From Proteobacteria bacterium UBA6915 (GTDB lineage Bacteria; Pseudomonadota; Gammaproteobacteria; UBA6915): DNA of 33,245 nucleotides. The stretch spans positions 20,554 through 53,798 of the forward strand of contig DKAX01000154.1 of NCBI GenBank assembly GCA_002450975.1. The letters are read 5' to 3'. The notes beneath the pieces are model-generated. The model ran no database searches and had not been told where the DNA came from. It worked only from the letters and a program-made list of their open reading frames with translations. Made by a program: the position numbers and the translations under genes. How positions within the stretch are numbered: position 1 is the first letter of the stretch; each line of letters opens with the position of its first letter. Below are positions 18,928-28,057 of this stretch, one piece after another.

Positions 18928-20772
18928 CTACGGTTGGTAAACCAAATAGGCCATATAGTGGCGTCCCAGATTGTGGTAACCATTGGTTGTCTGATAATCC
19001 TTGTCCCCCAGATTGCTCAGATCCGCCTTGATATACATGTCGTTGTCTAGGCGGTAACGTACAGCCAGGTTGTTGATGCCGAAGCCTGGTACGGTCACAC
19101 GTTCACCACTGGAGTCGATGTCGTACCTTTGGCCGTAAGCCTGAATGTTATATTCGAAATCGAAGCGCCCGAGCTTTCTTTGAAAGACCGCGCTGGCGGA
19201 GACACGGCTGCGCTGGATCAATATTTCGTCAGTGCTCTGATCGCGTGGATCGACCAACGCCAGTTGGGCGTGAGTGCCCCAGCCCTTCAATTCGGTTGAT
19301 ACACTGAGCTCCATACCGGTAATGCTTGCCTGGTATATGTTTTTCAGTTGCCCGCTATTAGCTGCTTCATCAAATTCATAGGCGATTAGATCGTCGACTT
19401 GTGTATGATAAAGGTGAAGTTCCGCACTTAGGTTTGCTTTTTGGTAACTCACACTACCCTCAATGCCTTGTGAGGATTCGGGCTTTAGGTCAGGATTTCC
19501 GGGCGCACCATTGTGAATCGGTGTTGTACCTGAGCCTGGATAGTAAAGTTGATCGAAGGTGGGTGCCTTGAAGGCGCTGCTCAAATTTAAAGATGTGCGC
19601 CACTGATCATCTATTTTCATTCCCCAAGCCAAGCCCCCGCTGGTTTGCGGATTGTATTCACTGTGTTTGTCACCGCGTAGATTGATGCGTGCGTTGTGTT
19701 GTCCAAAGGAGATCTGGTATTGAGCGAACAGTCCGAGATTGCTTGTTTCTGTTTGCGGGTAATTTATGGTTCCATTTACAGGATTAACTTGTGCATCAAT
19801 GCCGAGGGTTAGCAGTTTACTGTCATCAAGGGAAATATCATTTTGCATGGTCAGTTGACTGCGCAGGGACTCGGTATTGTCCACTACGACGGTGTCCTGA
19901 AGAGTGTTGACAGCTTCCGCATATCCGGCCAAAGAGAGTGTTAAGCGCCAAGAATCATTGGGTGCGGAAACACTTTTAATGGATAAAACTTGCTGGTTGT
20001 ATTCCAGGGCATCGTTGGCGACCGTGTTATTCGCGCCATCGTATTTACTGTAACTCAAGGTGTTCAGATAGGAGATGGCCAGTTTATCCGTGCTGTTGAA
20101 TTGGTAGTTGAAGCTGGCACCGATGGCGCTGTTGTTGAAAGCGTCTTTGTCCGGGTAGCCTGTCGTACTGGTATTGACGCCTTCGCTACGCTGATCGGTG
20201 AGGTGCAAGCTGTATGTCAGGCGTCGTAGGCTACCGCTGGCGCCGATTTCGGCTGTTTGGGCGCCGTAATTACCTCCACCTACCCGTAGTCTAGGCTGAA
20301 ATTCCTTGCTGCCTTGACGGGTAAAAATCTGAATAACACCACCTACAGCGCTATCACCATATAGCCCGGACTGGGCGCCACGCACAATTTCAATACGTTC
20401 GATCTGCGACAAGGGGATTAACGAGAGAGTGGACAAGCCGGTGGTCTGTGAATTGATGTTTATACCGTCGACCAACACAAGAACTTGATCACCATTTGTG
20501 CCACGTATAAAGGGTGCAGCGGTTTTTCCGAACGGTCCGTAAGTAGCTATATCCAGCCCCGCTATGGTGAGTAATTCGACAAGGTCTTTTGCCGCACTGT
20601 TGTCAATGTCTATACGTTCCAATACGGTGATCGCGGATAGTGAGCTGACTACAGATTGCGGATTGCGTGTAGCCGTTTCCGCAATTGTGTCGGGATTTGT
20701 GTATGCGGCCAGCGAAAGAGTTGGTTGCAGCAAAAAGGTGGCTAGTAGGGCGCAGGTATTTTTTTGAGACAT
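18928..20772 (-). CDS. TonB-dependent receptor, BtuB-like
   Basis: Signal peptide, DTIAETATR TonB-box-like stretch, plug motifs FIRGTNGDQVLVLVDG and IERIEIVRGAQSGLYG, AFKAPTFDQLY, GNPDLKPESS; next to the adenosyltransferase. Start ATG 20772 or TTG 20781. Confidence 0.87.
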   Translation of the reverse strand: MSQKNTCALLATFLLQPTLSLAAYTNPDTIAETATRNPQSVVSSLSAITVLERIDIDNSAAKDLVELLTIAGLDIATYGPFGKTAAPFIRGTNGDQVLVLVDGININSQTTGLSTLSLIPLSQIERIEIVRGAQSGLYGDSAVGGVIQIFTRQGSKEFQPRLRVGGGNYGAQTAEIGASGSLRRLTYSLHLTDQRSEGVNTSTTGYPDKDAFNNSAIGASFNYQFNSTDKLAISYLNTLSYSKYDGANNTVANDALEYNQQVLSIKSVSAPNDSWRLTLSLAGYAEAVNTLQDTVVVDNTESLRSQLTMQNDISLDDSKLLTLGIDAQVNPVNGTINYPQTETSNLGLFAQYQISFGQHNARINLRGDKHSEYNPQTSGGLAWGMKIDDQWRTSLNLSSAFKAPTFDQLYYPGSGTTPIHNGAPGNPDLKPESSQGIEGSVSYQKANLSAELHLYHTQVDDLIAYEFDEAANSGQLKNIYQASITGMELSVSTELKGWGTHAQLALVDPRDQSTDEILIQRSRVSASAVFQRKLGRFDFEYNIQAYGQRYDIDSSGERVTVPGFGINNLAVRYRLDNDMYIKADLSNLGDKDYQTTNGYHNLGRHYMAYLVYQP

Positions 20773-20875
20773 TGTTATCAACCTTCAAGTGGGATTTTGT
20801 CATCCCTTTTTGTCAATTCGAGCAGTATGGTACGGCTATCGGAACACTACATCTTTTTTAGTGTTTCATATGTTT

Positions 20876-20904
20876 TCTATACCGAAAGGTAAAATCGGTA
20901 TAGA
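20876..20904. promoter_or_regulatory. Perfect 10-bp inverted repeat upstream of the btuB-like gene
   Basis: TCTATACCGA-N9-TCGGTATAGA. Confidence 0.5.
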
Positions 20905-21067
20905 TGCATCGAATTTTCTATCTCCCCGTGGCGACATTCAGGAGGATCTGAGAATGGCGTAACCTGTTGTTCTGTTTGGTTGTTTGGGATGCCTATAGGG
21001 TGAATAGCGCAGGCAGAAAATTCTATACGAGGGGGAACTCTACGCGGTTTTTTGTCGGGGTGTCAAG

Positions 21068-21355
21068 TTAACCCGTTTGGGTTCTGATGCGAACAATGGA
21101 CAGGCGTTTTTCCGGCAAACATTCCAGAAAATGGTGACCGAAATGATGACACCACACCTTTAGATCATTGGCAAATCTCTGATGGCTGACGATCAACTTT
21201 ACCGTGGTGTTGGGTGGAAGGTTTTCCACAACATGCTCGATAGCAAAGAGGTATTTAGGGAAGGGTTGGTTGCGTACGTCTACCACAACATCGCCGCCTT
21301 CATGACTGACGACGGCCCGTTCACCCAATTTACGCAACAATTTTACCATTAACAC
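21068..21355 (-). CDS. TusA/SirA-like small protein lacking the CPxP cysteine
   Basis: VVDVRNQPFPKY...LPPNTTVKLIVS...NDLKVWCHHFGHHFL...IVRIR follows the TusA pattern xDxRGxxCPxP...DIxxWC...GH. Confidence 0.6.
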   Translation of the reverse strand: MLMVKLLRKLGERAVVSHEGGDVVVDVRNQPFPKYLFAIEHVVENLPPNTTVKLIVSHQRFANDLKVWCHHFGHHFLECLPEKRLSIVRIRTQTG

Positions 21356-21439
21356 CCCCGGTGCAAAATTATAGCATTATAACGGTATAGGTTTAGGGAT
21401 GTTGAGAATGAATTGGGATATTTAATATTAAAAGGATAA

Positions 21440-21490
21440 CCGGGGGTAAACAGACTTTGCTTACCCCCGGTGGCGCCCTGGTAGGGCGTC
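21440..21490. other. Tandem GC-rich hairpins in an AT-rich intergenic region
   Basis: CCGGGGGTAA-N11-TTACCCCCGG (21440-21470) and GGCGCCCT-GGT-AGGGCGTC (21472-21490). Confidence 0.55.
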
Positions 21491-21910
21491 TTTACAATCG
21501 ATTATCAAAATATTGCGGTGCACATCTACATGCTAGGCAATAAAAACGATGGACGCAATTATGATTTTTTATCCGTATTTCACGTACATTGTTGAGTGAT
21601 TATACAAGGAAAATAAATACCGATGAGAAATTAACAAGTTGGAATTTTATTGCGTGCAATCTTCAGGCTTACTTTTTCTAACGATTAGGGGAATTTATTT
21701 TAAAAAATTTTTTTGCGTACCGGCTTTTTGAGGAGAGTTTTTCGTCAAGGCACCCCCATGGCCTGTCTTATGTGTCACAAAAATAGTGGGAAAATCGAGT
21801 TGTGCCTCAAATTCTTATCCTCTCCAACCGATAAATATAGGTGGGGATGGGGCCGCGTGTATGAATTTTGCTTATTCAAAGTGGTGTAAATTATCGTGGG
21901 TTGCTGGTAG

Positions 21911-22600
21911 ATGCATAACATATTGATATTAAATGCAAAAGGCGGTTGTGGGAAAACGACTATCGCAACCAATATTGCCGTGCACTGTGCATTGAAAGGC
22001 TATAACACCGTCATTCTTGATCAGGACGTCCAGGGTTCGAGTACCAAATGGCTAAGTTTACGTCCCAAAGAAAATGCACCTATTCGTGGTATTGCAGCCT
22101 TTGAACGTTCACGGGCCGATGTGACCCGATCCTGGCAGACCCGGGTACCGCCTGGTACTGACCGGATGATTATTGATGCCCCCGCCGGTGCCAGTGGCGG
22201 CAAACTCATGGGGTTGGTACAGAGAGCAGACACAATAATCATTCCCGTTCTTCCCTCGCCTATTGATATCCATGTCACAACCCATTTTATTCAGGACCTG
22301 TTATTGATTGGTAAAATCCGCTCCCGCAACACACGTGTTGCTGTTGTTGGTAACCGCGTCAAAGAGTCCAATCCGCGCATCTATGTGGCCTTCAGGCGTT
22401 TCCTGGATGCTTTGCACATTCCATTCGTGACGGAATTTCGTGATTCACACAATTATCTGCGCGCCGCCCAATATGGATTGGGTATTTTGGAAATGGAAAG
22501 CACACTGGTGGAAAAGGATCTGGTGCAATGGACCAGCTTGTTCGATTGGATCAACAACAGTATCCCATTGGAGATCGCTGCTGTTTCCAGTCGGTCTTGA
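21911..22600 (+). CDS. Orphan ParA-family ATPase
   Basis: Deviant Walker A NAKGGCGKTT, DQDVQGSS, IIDAPAG, ADTIIIPVLPSPID; no adjacent parB. Confidence 0.9.
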   Translation: MHNILILNAKGGCGKTTIATNIAVHCALKGYNTVILDQDVQGSSTKWLSLRPKENAPIRGIAAFERSRADVTRSWQTRVPPGTDRMIIDAPAGASGGKLMGLVQRADTIIIPVLPSPIDIHVTTHFIQDLLLIGKIRSRNTRVAVVGNRVKESNPRIYVAFRRFLDALHIPFVTEFRDSHNYLRAAQYGLGILEMESTLVEKDLVQWTSLFDWINNSIPLEIAAVSSRS

Positions 22601-22608
22601 AAAAAGTT

Positions 22609-23382
22609 TTAGTTTTCGTCTGCTACAAAAAGTACTTGCTGCTGTGTTTTTACACATCTAATGGGGTGTTGGTAGGCGCGGGTTAATGTTTCCTCTGTCA
22701 ATACAGCGCCGATATCACCCAACTCGTATTCTCCCCCAGGTAACATGACAAGTGCATGCGTGCAGAATCTTATGGCCAGATTCAGGTCGTGCAGGGCCAT
22801 TATCACCAGTTTTCCCTGAGCAGAAAGTCTTTGGAAGTGCTTGAGTGTGCGTATCTGGTGGGGAATGTCGAGGTTGTTGGTTGGCTCGTCGAGTAGAAAA
22901 ATCTCCGGTGTTTGACAGAGTACCGTTGCAATGGCAAGGCGTTGCCGCTCCCCGCCGGACAATGTATCGATGGTCCGGTCCGAATAATTCGCCAAGTCAG
23001 TATCATACAAGGCTTCGAAGGCTATTTGCAGGTCTTCCGTAGTTTCCCATTGCCAAGAACGGATGTGGGGATGGCGGCCCATCAAGACGGATGCCAATAC
23101 CGAAGCACCCGTCATATCAGGTGTCTGTTGCTGTATCAACAAGGCCATTTTACGGGCGATGCCTTGACGGCTATAGGTAGCGAGCGGTGTGCCACTCAGC
23201 TCGATTGAACCCCTGGTGTTTTTGTCCAGTCCTGCCAGGGTATGTAGCAGGGTGCTTTTCCCTGCACCGTTACTGCCCAACAACGCCCAGCATTCTCCCG
23301 GGTTGAAGTGGTGTGTTAGGCCTTGGCACAGTACTTTGTTACCACGCTCGATGTGCAGATTGTTTACGGATAGCCGCGCCAT
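22609..23382 (-). CDS. ABC transporter ATPase, BtuD/FecE-like
   Basis: GSNGAGKST, LSGGERQR, LLDEPTNNLD, LHDLNLA. Start ATG 23382 or TTG 23388. Confidence 0.92.
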   Translation of the reverse strand: MARLSVNNLHIERGNKVLCQGLTHHFNPGECWALLGSNGAGKSTLLHTLAGLDKNTRGSIELSGTPLATYSRQGIARKMALLIQQQTPDMTGASVLASVLMGRHPHIRSWQWETTEDLQIAFEALYDTDLANYSDRTIDTLSGGERQRLAIATVLCQTPEIFLLDEPTNNLDIPHQIRTLKHFQRLSAQGKLVIMALHDLNLAIRFCTHALVMLPGGEYELGDIGAVLTEETLTRAYQHPIRCVKTQQQVLFVADEN

Positions 23383-23384
23383 GC

Positions 23385-24380
23385 TCAAAGGTCGTCTCTC
23401 TGGCGTAGCAAAAAAAGAAACAAGGGTATGCCCAATAGTGCCGTTACAACGCCTACCGGTAGTTGCTGCGGTGCCAAGAGAGTACGCGCTACAGTATCTG
23501 CAGCCACGAGCAGACTGGCACCCAGGGCACTGGCGCCGATCAACAGAAAGCGGTGATCATAAAGTCCGGCCAAACGTAAAATATGGGGGACAACCAAACC
23601 GATAAAACCGATATTGCCTGCCAGGGAGACCGCAGTGGCGGTTAAAAGAGAGGCGATAACAAACAAAACAAAATAGAGTCTCTGCGTTTCTACACCCAAT
23701 GCCATGGCCTGATGTTCGCCACGCGTCAGTACATTGAGGGATCTCGCCAGCGGCTGGGTGCATAACAGACCCGTGACTAGAACCAACAATGCTGATACCG
23801 GCGCTTGACTGAAGCTGAGATCGCCCATGAGCCAGAACTGCAAGGTATACAGACGCTGGTCATTGGTGGTTGCCAGGATAAAACTAATGCAGGCTCCCCA
23901 GCCGGCAGCGAGTACAACACCTGTCAGCAGTAGCCTTAGCGGAGACCACTGACCTTTATCCTTGGCAAGCCAGAAGAGTAACGCCATGGACACCAACGCA
24001 CCGCAAAAGGCGGTCACATTCAGCCATGGCAAGGTTAGTCCGAGCAGGATACCCTCTAAAGTGGCCACTGAGGCACCTCCGGATACCCCCAAAACATAGG
24101 GATCAGCCAATGGGTTACGCAACAAAACCTGCATCAATGTACCCGCCAGGGCCAATAGTCCACCCACGGCGATGGCACTTAGGACACGCGGTAGGCGCAA
24201 CAGGAAGATGACCTGGTATTGCGTGTCTGTCGGGCCGGTGTACCAGGCGTTGACCATGCCGCTCCAGGAGATATCTACGCTGCCCTGGGTCAGGGCAATG
24301 AATGCCATTATCGGTACCGAAAGCAGGCAACCCAGGACCAGGCTGATTTTGCCACGTGAGCGCAGGTGGGGATTGTGCAT
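23385..24380 (-). CDS. ABC transporter permease, BtuC/FecCD family
   Basis: LRLPRV, LLRNPLADPYVLGVSGGA, FWLMGDL, GFIGLVVPH, LPVGVVTALLG. Confidence 0.93.
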   Translation of the reverse strand: MHNPHLRSRGKISLVLGCLLSVPIMAFIALTQGSVDISWSGMVNAWYTGPTDTQYQVIFLLRLPRVLSAIAVGGLLALAGTLMQVLLRNPLADPYVLGVSGGASVATLEGILLGLTLPWLNVTAFCGALVSMALLFWLAKDKGQWSPLRLLLTGVVLAAGWGACISFILATTNDQRLYTLQFWLMGDLSFSQAPVSALLVLVTGLLCTQPLARSLNVLTRGEHQAMALGVETQRLYFVLFVIASLLTATAVSLAGNIGFIGLVVPHILRLAGLYDHRFLLIGASALGASLLVAADTVARTLLAPQQLPVGVVTALLGIPLFLFLLRQRDDL

Positions 24381-25045
24381 TAACTGAGATCACGCAGACT
24401 GATACTGGGCCAGCCCCGTAACCGCGCATGTTCCTTCAGGGTTTCATCGCCATCGACCACGACCGGATGGGTGACCTGTTCCAGCAAGGGCAAGTCATTG
24501 TGCGAGTCGCTGTAGAACCAACTCTGTGCCAGGTTGTGGCCGGTTTTTTCCAGCCAATGTTTGAGTCGCTCCACCTTGCCGTGCTGAAAACAGGGGGTGC
24601 CGCTGACCCGTCCACTATATCGCCCGTTGGGCAGAATCTCGGGATCGGTTGCGAGAATATCATCGACACCGAGTTCGCGTGCGATGGGATTCGTGATAAA
24701 GGAATTGGTGGCGGTAATGATCAACAGGTAATGGCCTTGGTTACGATGTTTCTGTAATAGCGCACGTGCCTGCGGCAGGATTATGGGTTGAATCTTGCTG
24801 GCCATGTAGCGCGCATGCAGGGTTTTCAGTGTGGCCGGGTCGTGCTGGGCCAGGGGTTGCAGGCTGAAAGCCAGGAATTCAAAGATATCCAAGGTCCCCG
24901 CCTTGTACTCTTCGTAAAAGCGCAGATTTTCCTGTTTATATATTTCCCCATCGACCAGGCCTTCTTCGACAAGAAACTCCCCCCACAGAACATCACTGTC
25001 CCCCCCCAGAAGCGTGTTGTCTAGGTCAAATATAGCTAATTCCAC
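24380..25045 (-). CDS. HAD-IB phosphatase, probable histidinol-phosphate phosphatase (Pseudomonas PA0335-like)
   Basis: FDLDNTLL, IITATN, FYSDSHNDLPLL; divergent from rppH-ptsP, as recalled for Pseudomonas; AGGAG RBS before GTG 25045. Confidence 0.85.
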   Translation of the reverse strand: MELAIFDLDNTLLGGDSDVLWGEFLVEEGLVDGEIYKQENLRFYEEYKAGTLDIFEFLAFSLQPLAQHDPATLKTLHARYMASKIQPIILPQARALLQKHRNQGHYLLIITATNSFITNPIARELGVDDILATDPEILPNGRYSGRVSGTPCFQHGKVERLKHWLEKTGHNLAQSWFYSDSHNDLPLLEQVTHPVVVDGDETLKEHARLRGWPSISLRDLS

Positions 25046-25197
25046 TATGTTACTCCTTGATTTATAGGACAAAAAAATGGCAAAGGGGAAAAAAAAGCGC
25101 CTTTAGGAACTCATTTCGCTGTTTTCTGAACTAAAATAACAGATTATAGTAATTTAAAGGTCTGGTTTCGATACTCGCGAAATTATTAAGGTTATAG

Positions 25198-25704
25198 ATG
25201 ATTGATACTGAGGGTTTTAGGGCCAATGTCGGCATTATACTGAGCAACGCCAACGGCAAGTTGTTTTGGGCGCGCCGTTGCGGTCAGAATGCCTGGCAGT
25301 TTCCTCAAGGTGGGATCGAGGCGAGCGAGACCCCGGAAGAGGCCCTGTTTCGAGAGCTCAGTGAAGAGGTGGGTTTGCAACCGTGGGATGTGGAGATCGT
25401 CGGTTGTACGCGCAACTGGCTCAAGTATCGCTTACCCAAACATTTGATCCGTCACCATGAACAGCCCTTGTGTATCGGCCAGAAGCAGATCTGGTTTTTA
25501 CTGCGTTTGGTGGGGGCTGAAGATCAGGTCTGTCTGGATACAACATCTTCTCCTGAGTTTGATCAATGGCGCTGGGTAAACTATTGGTACCCTTTGCGTG
25601 AAGTGGTCTCCTTTAAACGACGCGTCTATCAAAAGGCCCTACAGGAACTAGCCCCCATGTTGTCCTGTCAGGCCAGTAAACGCGTTGTCACCAGACGCGG
25701 ATAG
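25198..25704 (+). CDS. rppH: RNA pyrophosphohydrolase
   Basis: [15 protein letters not shown], Nudix box WQFPQGGI...[35 protein letters not shown]. Confidence 0.97.
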   Translation: MIDTEGFRANVGIILSNANGKLFWARRCGQNAWQFPQGGIEASETPEEALFRELSEEVGLQPWDVEIVGCTRNWLKYRLPKHLIRHHEQPLCIGQKQIWFLLRLVGAEDQVCLDTTSSPEFDQWRWVNYWYPLREVVSFKRRVYQKALQELAPMLSCQASKRVVTRRG

Positions 25705-25779
25705 CGCTTAACCAGAGCGTTCCAAGGCCGGTTAAATTCCGGTTGCATCCCGCTAGATAGTCTGTATTGTTCATTTCTT

Positions 25780-28041
25780 ATGCTTGAAACACTTCATAGA
25801 ATCGTGCAAGAGGTCAATGCCGCCGCCAGCCTGGAGCAGGCGTTGGCCATTATCGTCAGCCGGGTCAAGCAGGCCATGGCTGTGGATGTTTGTTCGGTCT
25901 ATCTGACGGATGAAACGGCTCGCAAACATGTCTTGATGGCCACCGACGGTTTGCGTCCGGAGTCTGTCTCCATGGTCAAATTGGACATGGGTAAAGGTCT
26001 GATCAGTCTGGTGTATGAAAGCGCCGAACCGATCAATCTGGAAAACGCGCCAGACCACCCCCGTTATCAATACATACCTGAGACCGGGGAAGAGCGATAC
26101 CACGGTTTTTTGGGCGTACCGATTATCCATCATCGCAAGATGAAGGGCGTCCTGGTCGTCCAACTACGCGGTGCCCGACGTTTCGCCGATGACGAAGTCA
26201 GCTTTCTGGTGACGATAGCCGCCCAGTTATCGGGAGCGATTGCCCACGCCCAGGCCAGTGGCGAGATTACGCAACTCGAGGTTTCGTCTCAGCAGAGCAG
26301 TCAACCATTTAACGGGCAACCGGGATCACCAGGGGTGGCCATTGGTCAGGCTGTGGTCTTTTATCCCGCCGCTGATGTAGAGGCTATACCTGATCGCAAG
26401 ATCGACGATGTTGAGGCGGAGATCGAACTGTTTAAAAACGCCGTCAAGGCGGCGCGCTACGATATCCAAACCCTGGTGGAGCGCATGCACAGTGTTTCCA
26501 CTATGGAAGATACTACCCTGTTCGATGCGTACTTGCTGATGCTGGACAGTGAAAGTTTCAACGGGAAAGTTATTGCGGAAATCGGCCAGGGCAACTGGGC
26601 ACCGGGCGCCTTGCGTATAACGGTTCTGGAGCATATTCGTTTTTTCAACGCCATGGAGGATCCATACCTTCGCGAGCGTGCTGAGGATATACGCGACCTG
26701 GGCCGCCGCATACTGAGTCACCTGCATCAGACCAAGGATAAGACTGAATTTCCGGCGGGGACGATATTGGTGGGTGAGGAGATTACCGCCACTATGTTGG
26801 CCGAAATTCCGCCGGGGCAGTTGGCTGGGGTGATCGCAGTACGCGGTTCGCGAACCTCGCACGTGGCGATATTGGCGCGTTCCCTGGGAATACCCGCGGT
26901 ACTGGGTGTGCGTGATCTGCCGGTAAACCGCCTTGATGGGCGCGAGGTGGTTGTCGATGGTTATACGGGACGCGTCTATGTCTCGCCGGCCAGGGCAATT
27001 GTCAGTGAGTTCAAACGTCTGGCCCGTGATGAGGAGTTACTCAGCGCCGAATTAAAACAATTGCGCGACCAGCCGTCGGTTACGCCGGACGGCGAAGCAG
27101 TGCCGTTGCTGGCCAATATGGGATTATTAGCGGACATATCCAGTTCCCTGAGTTTCGGCGCCGAGGGTATTGGCCTGTATCGTACTGAATTTCCTTTTAT
27201 GGCGCGTGATCGCTTTCCAGGCGAGGAGGAGCAATACCAGGTTTACCGCCAGATTTTGGAAAGCTTTCATCCGCGGCCTGTGACCCTACGTACCTTGGAT
27301 GTGGGAGGGGATAAGTCACTGCCCTATTTTCCCATCCATGAAGATAATCCCTTTTTAGGTTGGCGCGGCATACGTATTTCTCTGGATCATCCCGAGATCT
27401 TCATGGTGCAGATACGCGCCATGTTGCGCGCCAGTGCCGGTCTGGCCAATCTGTCCATATTGCTGCCCATGGTGACATCGGTATCGGAGGTGGATGAGGC
27501 CTTGCACATTATCAGGCGCGCGCACCATGAGCTGATGGACAGTGACAAGACGATTGTTATGCCTAGGATCGGCGTTATGATTGAAGTGCCGTCGGCATTA
27601 TATCAATTACCTGCTTTGGCGCGCCGCGTCGATTTTTTCTCAATAGGCACTAACGACCTGACACAATATCTGCTTGCTGTGGATCGCAATAACGACCGGG
27701 TGGCCGAGCTGTATGACAGCCTGCATCCGGCGGTGGTCTCTGCATTGAATACCATGATAGCTACGGCGAATCAGTTGGATAAACCGGTGAGCATTTGTGG
27801 TGAAATGGCCGGTGATCCCGCCGCGGTCATCCTGTTGTTGGGCATGGGGATTCAGAGCTTAAGCATGACTGCGGCCAGCATTGCGGCGGTAAAGTGGGTG
27901 GTGCGTAGTTTTACCCGTGAACAGTGTGCTCAGATTGTGAACAAGGTTCTGGCTTTGGAGAGCCCGTATGCAATACGTCAGCTTCTGAACCAGGCACTGG
28001 AAAATGCCGGACTGGGTGGTTTGGTACGCGCCGGTCGCTGA
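25780..28041 (+). CDS. ptsP: GAF-domain phosphoenolpyruvate-protein phosphotransferase (EI-Ntr)
   Basis: N-terminal GAF domain, SHVAILARSLGIP, GLYRTEFPF, RTLDVGGDK, NPFLGWRGIR, FSIGTNDLTQY, CGEMAGDP. Confidence 0.97.
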   Translation: MLETLHRIVQEVNAAASLEQALAIIVSRVKQAMAVDVCSVYLTDETARKHVLMATDGLRPESVSMVKLDMGKGLISLVYESAEPINLENAPDHPRYQYIPETGEERYHGFLGVPIIHHRKMKGVLVVQLRGARRFADDEVSFLVTIAAQLSGAIAHAQASGEITQLEVSSQQSSQPFNGQPGSPGVAIGQAVVFYPAADVEAIPDRKIDDVEAEIELFKNAVKAARYDIQTLVERMHSVSTMEDTTLFDAYLLMLDSESFNGKVIAEIGQGNWAPGALRITVLEHIRFFNAMEDPYLRERAEDIRDLGRRILSHLHQTKDKTEFPAGTILVGEEITATMLAEIPPGQLAGVIAVRGSRTSHVAILARSLGIPAVLGVRDLPVNRLDGREVVVDGYTGRVYVSPARAIVSEFKRLARDEELLSAELKQLRDQPSVTPDGEAVPLLANMGLLADISSSLSFGAEGIGLYRTEFPFMARDRFPGEEEQYQVYRQILESFHPRPVTLRTLDVGGDKSLPYFPIHEDNPFLGWRGIRISLDHPEIFMVQIRAMLRASAGLANLSILLPMVTSVSEVDEALHIIRRAHHELMDSDKTIVMPRIGVMIEVPSALYQLPALARRVDFFSIGTNDLTQYLLAVDRNNDRVAELYDSLHPAVVSALNTMIATANQLDKPVSICGEMAGDPAAVILLLGMGIQSLSMTAASIAAVKWVVRSFTREQCAQIVNKVLALESPYAIRQLLNQALENAGLGGLVRAGR

Positions 28042-28057
28042 AGGTGTTGGACCTCTT

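Noticed and set aside
21911-22600. Plasmid or prophage partition system
   Set aside because: No parB, rep gene or iteron-like repeats; short orphan chromosomal ParA-like genes are common.
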